In this document: positions 17,454 to 26,015 of the stretch, piece after piece
How positions within the stretch are numbered: the first letter of the stretch is position 1
Layout: each line of letters opens with the position of its first letter
Source: Acidimicrobiia bacterium
GTDB taxonomy: Bacteria > Actinomycetota > Acidimicrobiia > Acidimicrobiales > Bin134
DNA: 64,000 nucleotides
Assembly (NCBI GenBank): GCA_022822265.1
Contig: JAJECA010000047.1
Coordinates: forward strand, 1,866 to 65,865
Reading direction: 5' to 3'
Notes under the pieces: generated by a model
Seen by the model: the letters and a program-made list of their open reading frames with translations, nothing else
The model's database searches: none
Told to the model about the DNA's origin: nothing
Translations under genes and position numbers: made by a program

Positions 17454-17514
17454 GAGTCTGCGAGGTTACTGGACTACTGCCCAACCATGAGTTTGTGACA
17501 CTACCGGACTACCG
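17445..17514. repeat. Imperfect 35-bp tandem direct repeat in the divergent CoA-transferase/folE intergenic region
   Basis: cccaaccatgagtctgcgaggttactggactactg (17445-17479) against cccaaccatgagtttgtgacactaccggactaccg (17480-17514). Copy 1 contains the CoA-transferase start codon. Confidence 0.6.
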
Positions 17515-17523
17515 TCGCGACCG

Positions 17524-18108
17524 ATGGGAGACGACAAGAAGGGTGCGGTGGACCAGCCTCGGATCGAGGCCGCAGTGCGGGAGATTCTGGCCGCCATCGG
17601 CGAAGACCCGAACCGAGATGGACTGTTGGACACCCCGGAGCGGGTGGCCCGCATGTACGCCAAGATCTGCGGGGGGCTTCACGAAGACCCGGCCACCCAC
17701 CTGACCCGCCAGTTTGAGGCTGACCACGATGAGATGATCTTGGTTCGGGACATCCCGCTGTACTCGCTGTGCGAGCACCATCTGATTCCGTTTCTGGGCA
17801 AGGCCCACGTGGGTTATATACCCAACAAGGACGGGTGCATCACCGGGCTGTCGAAGCTGGCCCGGGTGGTGGAGGGCTACTCCCGGATGCCTCAGGTGCA
17901 GGAGAGGCTGACCACCCAGATCGCCGACGCAATCGAGAATGCTCTCGACCCCCGGGGCGTACTGGTGGTGGTGGAGGCGGAGCACCTGTGCATGTCGATG
18001 CGGGGCATCCGAAAGCCGGGGGCCAACACGGTGACTTCCGCGGTGAGAGGGCTCTTTAGGACCGATATCGCCACCCGAGCCGAGGCCATGAGGTTCATAG
18101 ACCGATAA
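17524..18108 (+). CDS. folE: GTP cyclohydrolase I
   Basis: [28 protein letters not shown] and TTQIADAI. Confidence 0.95.
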   Translation: MGDDKKGAVDQPRIEAAVREILAAIGEDPNRDGLLDTPERVARMYAKICGGLHEDPATHLTRQFEADHDEMILVRDIPLYSLCEHHLIPFLGKAHVGYIPNKDGCITGLSKLARVVEGYSRMPQVQERLTTQIADAIENALDPRGVLVVVEAEHLCMSMRGIRKPGANTVTSAVRGLFRTDIATRAEAMRFIDR

Positions 18109-18167
18109 TCCTCATCAACGGGGTTTAGGTATAGGAGGGCTTCGAGGCTCAGGGGTACTCTGAGGCC

Positions 18168-18965
18168 GTGGAGACGTTGGATACGGGGCCGATGGTCATG
18201 GGCATCGTCAACGTGACGCCTGACTCGTTTTCCGACGGGGCCCGGTTCTCCTCGCCCGAAGCGGCGGTGGCCCAGGGGCGCAAGCTGTTCCACGAGGGCG
18301 CCGCCGTGGTGGATGTGGGCGGCGAGTCCACCCGACCGGGGGCCGATCCGGTGTCGGTGGAGGAGGAGTTGGCCCGGGTAGTTGACGTGGTGGCCGGACT
18401 GGCCCCTCATGGGCGGGTTTCCATCGACACAACCAAGCCAGAGGTGGCCCGGGCCGCGGTGGCCGCGGGGGCCGACATCCTCAACGACGTTTCGGCGAGC
18501 ATGCACGAGGTGGCCGCCGAGCTGAACGTGACCTGGATCGCGGTACACCGCCAGGGCACCCCCGCCACCATGCAGGTCGCCCCCCGCTACGACGACGTTG
18601 TCGCCGAGGTGGCCGGCTACCTGGCCGAGGCTGCCGAGAGAGGAAAGGCCGCCGGAGTACCCGAAGTGTGGATCGACCCGGGAATCGGCTTCGGAAAGAC
18701 CACCGAGCACAACTTGGAGCTGTTGGCCAACCTGCGGCACCTCACCGAGGGGGGAGCACCGGTGGTGGTGGGGGCCAGCCGCAAGCGCTTCATCGGGGAG
18801 CTTCATTCCCGAAGTGACGGTCGCGTTCAGGAAGAGGTCCCGACCGACGACCGGCTTGAGGGGTCGCTGGCTGCGGCGGCCTGGGCGTTTGCCCAGGGAG
18901 CGGCGATCGTTCGAGCCCACGATGTGGCGGCCACCGTGGGGGCCATGAGAGTGGTGGCGGTATGA
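18168..18965 (+). CDS. folP: Dihydropteroate synthase
   Basis: MGIVNVTPDSFSDG, VDVGGESTRPGA, DPGIGFGKT. Confidence 0.95.
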   Translation: METLDTGPMVMGIVNVTPDSFSDGARFSSPEAAVAQGRKLFHEGAAVVDVGGESTRPGADPVSVEEELARVVDVVAGLAPHGRVSIDTTKPEVARAAVAAGADILNDVSASMHEVAAELNVTWIAVHRQGTPATMQVAPRYDDVVAEVAGYLAEAAERGKAAGVPEVWIDPGIGFGKTTEHNLELLANLRHLTEGGAPVVVGASRKRFIGELHSRSDGRVQEEVPTDDRLEGSLAAAAWAFAQGAAIVRAHDVAATVGAMRVVAV

Positions 18966-19537
18966 AGGGCAAGTGGGCGGCGGGTATCTGCCCGCGCAAC
19001 TTCTACTGGATCATGAAGGATCGGCTGGCGATCTGCGAGCGTCCGGGGGGGCGAGGGGAGAGCCACCGTCGAGTCCGGCGCACTGAGGAGATCAACTGGA
19101 TTCGGCAGCAGGGATTTAGCCGAGTTGTGTCATTGATCCCGTCCACCCACAACCTGCACAACTACAGCGAGCAGAACATTGCCTGGAGTCACTGGCCAAT
19201 CGCCGACAACGAGGATTACACCACCCGACTCGGCCCGCTGTACACGGAATTGCAGTTGCTGTTGACCAAGGGGGAGAAGCTGCTCGTCCACCGCCGGGGA
19301 CTGGGCGATGAAGTGTGCGGGTTCATGGCCGGTTATCTGGTGTGGACCGGGATGGTTCCCGGCGAGTCGCAGGCGGTGGTGGTGATGGAGAAGATGACTG
19401 AGCGGCCCATCGGTTCGGTGGGCCGCCGCATCGTGAATGCGGCCGCCGCGCTTCCCCAACCAGAGGTGGAGCTCTCCCTCGTTGAAGATCTCGAAGAACA
19501 AGAGGAACAGCCAGAAGAGACTCCCGAAGATGACTGA
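18962..19537 (+). CDS. Dual-specificity/Tyr-phosphatase-like protein lacking the CX5R catalytic residues, with an acidic tail
   Basis: LLVHRRGLGDEVCGFMAGYLVW aligns to the (V/I)HCxxGxxR(S/T)...AYLM phosphatase loop, but Cys is replaced by Arg and Arg by Glu. ATGA overlap with folP; 8-nt overlap with folB. Confidence 0.6.
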   Translation: MKGKWAAGICPRNFYWIMKDRLAICERPGGRGESHRRVRRTEEINWIRQQGFSRVVSLIPSTHNLHNYSEQNIAWSHWPIADNEDYTTRLGPLYTELQLLLTKGEKLLVHRRGLGDEVCGFMAGYLVWTGMVPGESQAVVVMEKMTERPIGSVGRRIVNAAAALPQPEVELSLVEDLEEQEEQPEETPEDD

Positions 19538-19898
19538 GGACCGCATACTGATTCAGGGTCTTCGGGTCATGGCTGTGTGCGGGGCGCTCCCCGAGGAGAG
19601 GGACCGGGCCCAACCGTTCGAGCTGGACGTGGACCTCGGCACCGATCTGGCCCCGGCGGGACTCTCCGACGACTTGGACGACACCGTCGACTACGGGGCG
19701 GTGTGCGCCGCGGTTGTCGCCGCGGCCGAAGGGGAGCAGTTCACCCTCATGGAGGCCATGGCCCAGCGGGTTGCCGAGGCCTGCCTGGATGCCGACCCCC
19801 GGGTGGAGCAGGTGGCCGTGGAGGTCCGCAAGCTGCGCCCGCCGGTGCCCCAGCATTTGTCCACCAGCGGTGTCCGCATCACTCGCCATCGTCAATGA
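19530..19898 (+). CDS. folB: Dihydroneopterin aldolase
   Basis: MTEDRILIQGLRVMAVCGALPEERDRAQPFELDVDL...DDTVDYG. The longer ORF-track form (19437) is a run-on into the upstream gene. Confidence 0.9.
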   Translation: MTEDRILIQGLRVMAVCGALPEERDRAQPFELDVDLGTDLAPAGLSDDLDDTVDYGAVCAAVVAAAEGEQFTLMEAMAQRVAEACLDADPRVEQVAVEVRKLRPPVPQHLSTSGVRITRHRQ

Positions 19899-20377
19899 CC
19901 AGGGCGTTTTTGGGGTTGGGGTCGAACATGGGCGACCGCATGGGATATCTCCGGGCGGCGGTGGCCTCGATGAGCGACTGCGTGGCCGTCTCCGGGGTGT
20001 ATGAGACCGATCCGGTGGGCGGCCCCGACCAGGGCCGATTCCTCAATGTGGTGGCCGAGCTGGACACAGACCAGTCGGCCCGAGACCTCCTTAAGCTGTG
20101 CCAGCGCTTAGAGGGGGCGGCCGATCGAGTGCGGGAGGTGCGCTGGGGCCCCCGTACGCTGGATGTCGATGTTCTGTGGGTGGACGGTGAGGCGGTGGAC
20201 GAGGACGATCTGGTGGTGCCCCATCCCCGCATGTTCGAGCGGGCGTTCGTGATGGTGCCGTTGGGAGAGCTGGCCCCCGAGCTGGCCGAGGGCTGGTCCG
20301 ATCCCGACACCGGTGGCTGTCGTCGCCTGGGAGACTGGGACCAACTTGCCGCCCGGGCGGGCGAAGGGGTCTCGTGA
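19895..20377 (+). CDS. folK: 2-amino-4-hydroxy-6-hydroxymethyldihydropteridine diphosphokinase
   Basis: MTRAFLGLGSNMGDR...WGPRTLDVDVL...VPHPRMFERAFV. ATGA overlap with folB. Confidence 0.9.
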   Translation: MTRAFLGLGSNMGDRMGYLRAAVASMSDCVAVSGVYETDPVGGPDQGRFLNVVAELDTDQSARDLLKLCQRLEGAADRVREVRWGPRTLDVDVLWVDGEAVDEDDLVVPHPRMFERAFVMVPLGELAPELAEGWSDPDTGGCRRLGDWDQLAARAGEGVS

Positions 20378-21246
20378 GCGGGGGGGACGCAATCCCGGTG
20401 ATCCAGCGGGTATCGGAGCTGCGGGCGGCCACCGACGCGGTGCGGGCCCAGGGCGGATCGGTTGGCCTGGTGCCCACTATGGGCTATCTCCACGAGGGCC
20501 ACCAATCGCTGGTGGCCCGCTCGGCGGCGGAGAACGACCTGACCGTGGTGAGCGTTTTCGTGAATCCCCTCCAGTTCGCCGAGGGCGAGGACTTCGGCAC
20601 CTATCCCCGGGATCTGGACCGCGATCGCCAGATGTGTGCCGAATCAGGGGCCGGGCTGGTGTTCGCCCCCCCTACCGAGGAGGTGTACCCGCAGACCCCC
20701 CTTACCACCGTGGCGGTGCAAGGGCTAAACGCCGTGCTGGAAGGCCGGGTCCGGCCCACCCATTTCGACGGGGTCACCACTGTGGTGGCCAAGCTGTTCG
20801 CCATGCTGGGACCGGGCCGGGCCTATTTCGGGGAGAAGGACTACCAGCAGCTGGCCATCATCCGCCGAATGACCGCCGACCTGTCCCTGCCGGTGGAGGT
20901 GGTGGGCTGTCCCACATTCCGGGAGCCCGATGGCCTGGCCATGTCCAGCCGAAACGTGTACCTCACCGCCGAAGAGCGGCCGGCGGCCACCGTGTTGTGG
21001 CGGTCGCTGCAAGCCGGGAGGGATGCGGTGGCGGGCGGCAGCCGCGATCCCGGCGAGGTGGAGGCGGTGATGGCCGCGGTGCTGGCCACCGAGCCCCATG
21101 CGTCGCCCGACTACGCCGCGGTGGTACACGCCGACACCCTGGAGCGCCCCGATGTGCTGGCTGGCGAGCTGCGCCTGCTGGTGGCCGCCCGCGTCGGCCG
21201 AGCCCGCCTCATCGACAACATCGGAGTGGACTGTGACCGGCTTTGA
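20374..21246 (+). CDS. panC: Pantoate--beta-alanine ligase
   Basis: GLVPTMGYLHEGHQSL, FVNPLQF, FGEKDYQQ. Confidence 0.95.
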   Translation: MSGGDAIPVIQRVSELRAATDAVRAQGGSVGLVPTMGYLHEGHQSLVARSAAENDLTVVSVFVNPLQFAEGEDFGTYPRDLDRDRQMCAESGAGLVFAPPTEEVYPQTPLTTVAVQGLNAVLEGRVRPTHFDGVTTVVAKLFAMLGPGRAYFGEKDYQQLAIIRRMTADLSLPVEVVGCPTFREPDGLAMSSRNVYLTAEERPAATVLWRSLQAGRDAVAGGSRDPGEVEAVMAAVLATEPHASPDYAAVVHADTLERPDVLAGELRLLVAARVGRARLIDNIGVDCDRL

Positions 21247-22108
21247 CCCTCCGGCTGAGGCGGTGCGAGCCGCGGTTGAGTTGGCCATGGCCGAGGACGT
21301 GGGACCGGAGGGCGACCTCACCTCGTCGCTGGTCCCCCCTGGAGACATCACCGCGGAGATCACCGCGCGAGACGCCGGCCGTTTGGCGGGGCGGGCCTGT
21401 GCCGCCGAAGTGTTCCGCCAGGTGGATCCCTCGGTGACGGTGGAGTGGCATGTGGCCGACGGCGACCCGGTGGCGCCTGGTCAGAGCTTGGCCGTGGTTG
21501 CTGGGCCCCGGGCCTCGGTGCTGACCGCGGAGCGCACTGCATTGAATTTTCTGAGCCACTTGTCGGGGATCGCCACCGAGGCATCCCGGTACGTTGAGGC
21601 CGCGGCGACGGCCGGTGGGGGCCGTGCCCGCATCCGGGACACCCGCAAGACCACGCCTGGTTTGCGGGTGTTGGAGAAGGCCGCGGTTCGCGCTGGCGGG
21701 GGCGACAACCATCGGATGGGGCTGTCGGAATGGGTCATGTTCAAGGACAACCACCTGGCGGGGATGTCCATCGCCGACGGGGTAGCGGCCGCCCGCAGAA
21801 GCTGGCCGGACCGCATCGTCTATGTGGAGTGCGACCGCATCGATCAGGTGGATGAGGCCCTGGCTGCCGGCGCAGACGCCCTGCTGTTGGACAACATGTC
21901 TCCTGATGAAGTGCGGGCCTGTGTGGCCCGGGCTGCCGGACATGGGTGCCTCTTGGAGGTGAGCGGCGGCATCACCCTTGACACCGTGGCCGAATACGCG
22001 GCCACCGGCGTGGACTTCATTTCGGTGGGCCGCATAACCAACTCGGCTCCGGTGCTTGACATCGGGCTCGACGTTGGCAATGTTCCGATCAGCGCAACAG
22101 AAGAGTAA
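21233..22108 (+). CDS. nadC: Nicotinate-nucleotide diphosphorylase (carboxylating)
   Basis: TAERTALNFL, RDTRKTTPGLRVLEKAAVRAGGGDNHR, MFKDNH. GTG 21233 overlaps the panC end; the exact start is uncertain. Confidence 0.88.
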   Translation: MTGFDPPAEAVRAAVELAMAEDVGPEGDLTSSLVPPGDITAEITARDAGRLAGRACAAEVFRQVDPSVTVEWHVADGDPVAPGQSLAVVAGPRASVLTAERTALNFLSHLSGIATEASRYVEAAATAGGGRARIRDTRKTTPGLRVLEKAAVRAGGGDNHRMGLSEWVMFKDNHLAGMSIADGVAAARRSWPDRIVYVECDRIDQVDEALAAGADALLLDNMSPDEVRACVARAAGHGCLLEVSGGITLDTVAEYAATGVDFISVGRITNSAPVLDIGLDVGNVPISATEE

Positions 22109-22120
22109 AAAAGGGTACCT

Positions 22121-22915
22121 ATGCTGTTGGCCCTCGACATCGGCAACACCCAGACCGTGGTCGGCCTGTATGAGGCTGAGCGGGCCGACGACTGCCGGGC
22201 CGACGACGGCCTGATCGAGCACTGGCGGCTGTCCACCGTGCACGAGCGCACCCCCGACGAGGTGGCGGTGCTGTTGCGCAGCCTGCTCGACAGCATCGAC
22301 GTCGCCATGGAGGAAGACCTCACCGGGGTGGCGGTGTGCTCCGGGGTGCCCCAGATCCGCGAGAGCGTGCGGATGATGGTGCAGCGCTACTTTGAATTCG
22401 ACCCGGTGGTGATCGAGCCCGGCACCCGCAGCGGCATCCCCATCCTGTACGACAACCCCCGCGAGGTGGGCGCCGACCGGATTGCCAACGCGGTGGCCGC
22501 CCACCACCTCTACGGCGGCCCCGCGGTGATCGTCGATTTCGGGACCACCAACAACTTCGACGTGGTGTCCGAGGCCGGCGAGTTCATGGGTGGGGCAATC
22601 GCACCGGGAATCGAGGTCAGCCTGGAAGCCATGGTGGGCCGAGCCGCCGCGCTGGGGCCGGTGGCGCTCACCGAGCCTCGCAGTGTGATCGGCAAGACCA
22701 CCATGGAGTCGATCCAATCGGGTGTCATCTACGGGTTCGTCGCCCAGATTGACGGCATGGTGACCCGCTTCGCCAAGGAACTGGACGGCGAGGCGTTCGT
22801 GATCGCCACCGGCGGGCTGGCCCACCTCATCGCCCCGCTGTCGGACACCATCCAGTATGTGGAGCCCTACCTGACCCTCCACGGCCTGTGGCTGGTCCAC
22901 GGCCGCAACCAGTAG
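22121..22915 (+). CDS. coaX: Type III pantothenate kinase
   Basis: MLLALDIGNTQTVVGLY, GADRIANAVAA, VDFGTTNNFDV. Confidence 0.9.
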   Translation: MLLALDIGNTQTVVGLYEAERADDCRADDGLIEHWRLSTVHERTPDEVAVLLRSLLDSIDVAMEEDLTGVAVCSGVPQIRESVRMMVQRYFEFDPVVIEPGTRSGIPILYDNPREVGADRIANAVAAHHLYGGPAVIVDFGTTNNFDVVSEAGEFMGGAIAPGIEVSLEAMVGRAAALGPVALTEPRSVIGKTTMESIQSGVIYGFVAQIDGMVTRFAKELDGEAFVIATGGLAHLIAPLSDTIQYVEPYLTLHGLWLVHGRNQ

Positions 22916-22923
22916 GCCGACCG

Positions 22924-24333
22924 GTGAGCACCCCCTACCGGTTCGAGACCACCGCAACCGCCGCCGAGTGCCAGCAGAGCCACGGCGACATCGAGGCCGG
23001 CACCGAGACCGGCCAGACGGTGACAGTGGCGGGACGGATCATGCTGCGGCGAGTGCAGGGCAAACTGGCCTTCGCCACCCTCCAAGACGCCACCGGGCGC
23101 ATCCAGCTTTTTGCCCCCGCCAAGGTAACCCCCGACTACGAGGGGTTCTGCGCCCTGTCGTTGGGCGACTGGGTCGGGGTGAGCGGCGAGGTGATGAAGA
23201 CCCGGAAAGGGGAGCTGTCGGTCAAGGTGGAGAACTGGGAGCTTCTGGCCGAGGCCCGGCGGAGCTTCCCCGACAAGTGGCACGGGCTGTCTGACCCCGA
23301 CATCCGGTTCCGCCAGCGCTATGTGGACCTGTGGGTGACCGAGGAGGCCCGTGAGACCTTTCGGCTGCGCTCGGAGATGATGTCGCTCACCCGGCGCTGG
23401 CTGGAGGATCGGGCGTTCGTGGAGGTGGAGACGCCGGTGTTCCACCCGGTGCCCGGCGGCGCGCTGGCCCGGCCGTTCAGCACCCACCACAACGCTTTAG
23501 ACATGGAGCTGTTCTTGAGGATCGCGCCGGAGCTGTACCTGAAGCGGCTGGTGGTGGGCGGCTTGGAGCGGGTGTATGAGATTGCCCGGGTTTTCCGCAA
23601 CGAGGGGATCTCCACCCGCCACAATCCCGAGTTCACCATGTTGGAGCTGTACTGGGCCTATGCCGACTACGGCGACATCATGGAGCTGGTCGAGCAGCTA
23701 GTGGCGCATCTGGCTTCGGAGCTCAAGGGCACCACCGTGATCAGCTACGGAGGGCGGGAGCTGGACCTGACCCCGCCGTGGCCCAGAGCCCGGTTTGTGG
23801 ACCTGCTGGCCACCCACAGCGGCCTGGAGGTGGACCTCGACACCCCGGTGGCCGAGCTGCGGGCGCACTGCGCCGACCGGGAGATACCGGTAGAAGACCG
23901 CTGGGGGCCGGGCAAGCTGCTGTTGGAGCTGTACGAGAAGACCACCGAGGCCGAGCTGTGGGGACCGGTGTTTGTGTGCGACTACCCCAAGGAGGTGTCG
24001 CCTCTGGCCCGGGAGCACCGCGACCACCCCGGCTGGGTGGAGCGCTTCGAGGCCATCGTGGCCGGCCGGGAGCTGGCCAACGCCTTCAGCGAGCTGACCG
24101 ACCCCGATGAGCAGCGGGCCCGCTTCGAGCACCAGGCCGCCGACCGGGATGCGGGCGACGACGAGGCCATGGCGGTGGACTGGGACTACCTGCGGGCCCT
24201 GGAGTTTGGCCTCCCCCCCACCGGCGGCCTTGGAGTGGGCATGGACCGCCTGGCCATGCTGTTGGCCGACGTCCCCAGCATCCGCGACGTAATCCTGTTC
24301 CCCACCCTCCGCCCCGAACCCCCAGAGCACTAG
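22924..24333 (+). CDS. lysS: Lysine--tRNA ligase (class II)
   Basis: OB-fold region VAGRIMLRRVQGKLAFATLQD, plus FRNEGISTRHNPEFTMLE and GGLGVGMDRLAMLL. GTG 22888 is an alternative start. Confidence 0.9.
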   Translation: MSTPYRFETTATAAECQQSHGDIEAGTETGQTVTVAGRIMLRRVQGKLAFATLQDATGRIQLFAPAKVTPDYEGFCALSLGDWVGVSGEVMKTRKGELSVKVENWELLAEARRSFPDKWHGLSDPDIRFRQRYVDLWVTEEARETFRLRSEMMSLTRRWLEDRAFVEVETPVFHPVPGGALARPFSTHHNALDMELFLRIAPELYLKRLVVGGLERVYEIARVFRNEGISTRHNPEFTMLELYWAYADYGDIMELVEQLVAHLASELKGTTVISYGGRELDLTPPWPRARFVDLLATHSGLEVDLDTPVAELRAHCADREIPVEDRWGPGKLLLELYEKTTEAELWGPVFVCDYPKEVSPLAREHRDHPGWVERFEAIVAGRELANAFSELTDPDEQRARFEHQAADRDAGDDEAMAVDWDYLRALEFGLPPTGGLGVGMDRLAMLLADVPSIRDVILFPTLRPEPPEH

Positions 24334-24369
24334 AGGCCGCGAGTTTTGGGCGTTTCGACAGTCTTACAG

Positions 24370-25116
24370 TCACGCGGCAGGCCGATTGTTTAGCTCTTGA
24401 GTGAGTGCTGTCAGTCCTCGATGGAGGTTGGCGAGGTCAGGATTCATCCAGCTGAGAAGTTCGATGCTTGAGTCGATTACCTCGACAAGTGGTACCCGAG
24501 GATGATCCGATGGCTTTCCTGGCTGGCGAATCCCGTCGCTGATCTTCCGGTGATGCACTGCGGCGTTTCGGAGGGCCTGAAGGTTTGCCGCTGCCTGGTA
24601 GACATGCCGTCGAATAGGCCGCTTTGGTGACCCTCTGGCGTTCATTTCGTTTCCGACTCTGAATCCGTGCATGAGCTTCTTGCGCCAGAGATTTTCGTCG
24701 TATCTCACCGGCTGCTGCCTTGCAGTGGGTTTTCCCCTGCTCAAGAGATTTACCCAGACGCCAAACGTGAGGTCTGCTACAACACGACCAGGGCCCTCTG
24801 AACCTTTTCCCAGCTTCTTGCTGTGCTTTCGCACGACATCGCTGATCATCTCACGGGTATCGTCGTCCAAAAGCAACTTTGGTGAGGTCCACCATGCTGG
24901 TGTGCCGAATTGGTCTGTGAGTTGCCGGTGGATGGTGTTGCGGAGTGTCACCTCAACGTCGCTGATGAGTGGCATCAAGGCCCCGACTAGGCGAAGGTTC
25001 CATCGATAGAATTTCCACGCAAGCTCAAGATCTCCGTCAGCATCGGCCAAGTAAGGCTTTAGCCGTTCGGGTGACAAGGCCCGTTCCAAGGAATCTCTAG
25101 AAACACTCGCACTCAT
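24370..25116 (-). CDS. Abi_2-family (AbiD/AbiF-like) abortive-infection protein
   Basis: N-terminal pattern LERALSPERLKPYL...AWKFYRWNLRLVGALMPLISDVEVTLRNTIHRQL...TPAWW is characteristic of Abi_2 proteins. The gene is visibly AT-richer than its neighbours. Confidence 0.75.
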   Translation of the reverse strand: MSASVSRDSLERALSPERLKPYLADADGDLELAWKFYRWNLRLVGALMPLISDVEVTLRNTIHRQLTDQFGTPAWWTSPKLLLDDDTREMISDVVRKHSKKLGKGSEGPGRVVADLTFGVWVNLLSRGKPTARQQPVRYDENLWRKKLMHGFRVGNEMNARGSPKRPIRRHVYQAAANLQALRNAAVHHRKISDGIRQPGKPSDHPRVPLVEVIDSSIELLSWMNPDLANLHRGLTALTQELNNRPAA

Positions 25117-25453
25117 GTCAATGAGGCCGATAGCATGGGTGTATCCCCGGGTAGCTCATGTCTTCGGACAGGCCCCGGGGTATCGCCTTTTGGGACCTTT
25201 CGCCGAAGCTGCCGGTTCGTGCCAGCCGGACCGCCTGGCGGCTCGCACTAACTACCTGGCACGCAACTGTGGTCAGGCACCTCTTGTTCTTCCAAGCGGT
25301 GACCCGTCCATAGCGGCCCACTGTTCCGACTCTCGCAACCTGGAAGCCGTCGTGCGCAAGGCAGCTAGCGGCCCCGCTTGGATCTACGAGTTCTCCCGGC
25401 ACACTCGCACCAATCCGGCGTGCTCGTTGGCAGTGGAATGACATGTCGCACCC

Positions 25454-25467
25454 AGCCTATATAGGCT
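25454..25467. repeat. Perfect 14-bp palindrome AGCCTATATAGGCT in the ORF-poor gap (possible operator)
   Basis: Read directly from the sequence. It is the AT-richest spot in the islet. Confidence 0.5.
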
Positions 25468-25682
25468 CATCGACCAATGATTGACCGGGAGAACAGAATT
25501 CCTGAGGTGTGTGAGCCTGTTCATCTGCCAGATCGGCCCGGTGTCGATTCGCATTACCAGGCGCGCGGTATGTCCCCTGTACCTTGTCCCCACACATCCA
25601 TCTGCCATCGCAGCATGCCTGGGGTGAAGTGCCGGTATTGCTTGCAGAATCCCTGTCATCCCGGCTGTCCTGGATTTCGCTG

Positions 25683-26015
25683 ATGACGAGTTCCGAGTCA
25701 GAGGAATGGCGGGAGCGCTGGGAACAAGAGGGTTCGCCAGACCCCTGGAGGCCGCGAAAACCGGCAGGGTTCTCGCCGCCGGGAATGGACGGGCTGCTCG
25801 GCTACGAGATCACCTGCGCCGAGCGGCGACTGCTCAACTGGCGGTGCGAGCATGAGCCGCCCAACGATGAGTGGTTCAACGATTGGGAGAGGCGTTATCA
25901 ATCCTCTGCCCTGGACATGGAGGAACTGCCGAAGCTGCTGGATGACTACCAATCTGCCCTCGACGCCCTTGACGAAGTGAAGGCGACATTTGCAGATCAG
26001 TGTTTGTTTGGGTAG
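25683..26015 (+). CDS. Hypothetical small acidic Trp-rich protein (110 aa from the first ATG)
   Basis: Open frame MTSSESEEWRERWEQEG...NDEWFNDWERRYQ...LDEVKATFADQCLFG. I recognise no family. The ORF-track version starts at TTG 25584. Confidence 0.4.
   Translation: MTSSESEEWRERWEQEGSPDPWRPRKPAGFSPPGMDGLLGYEITCAERRLLNWRCEHEPPNDEWFNDWERRYQSSALDMEELPKLLDDYQSALDALDEVKATFADQCLFG

Noticed and set aside
25115-25444. Two 108-aa ORFs that are exact antisense mirrors upstream of the Abi gene, considered as real genes.
   Set aside because: They are not annotated as CDS. Both frames have the same hand-counted third-position GC, neither has a recognisable motif, and both have odd Arg/Cys-rich composition. 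I kept them as an open question in the findings instead.
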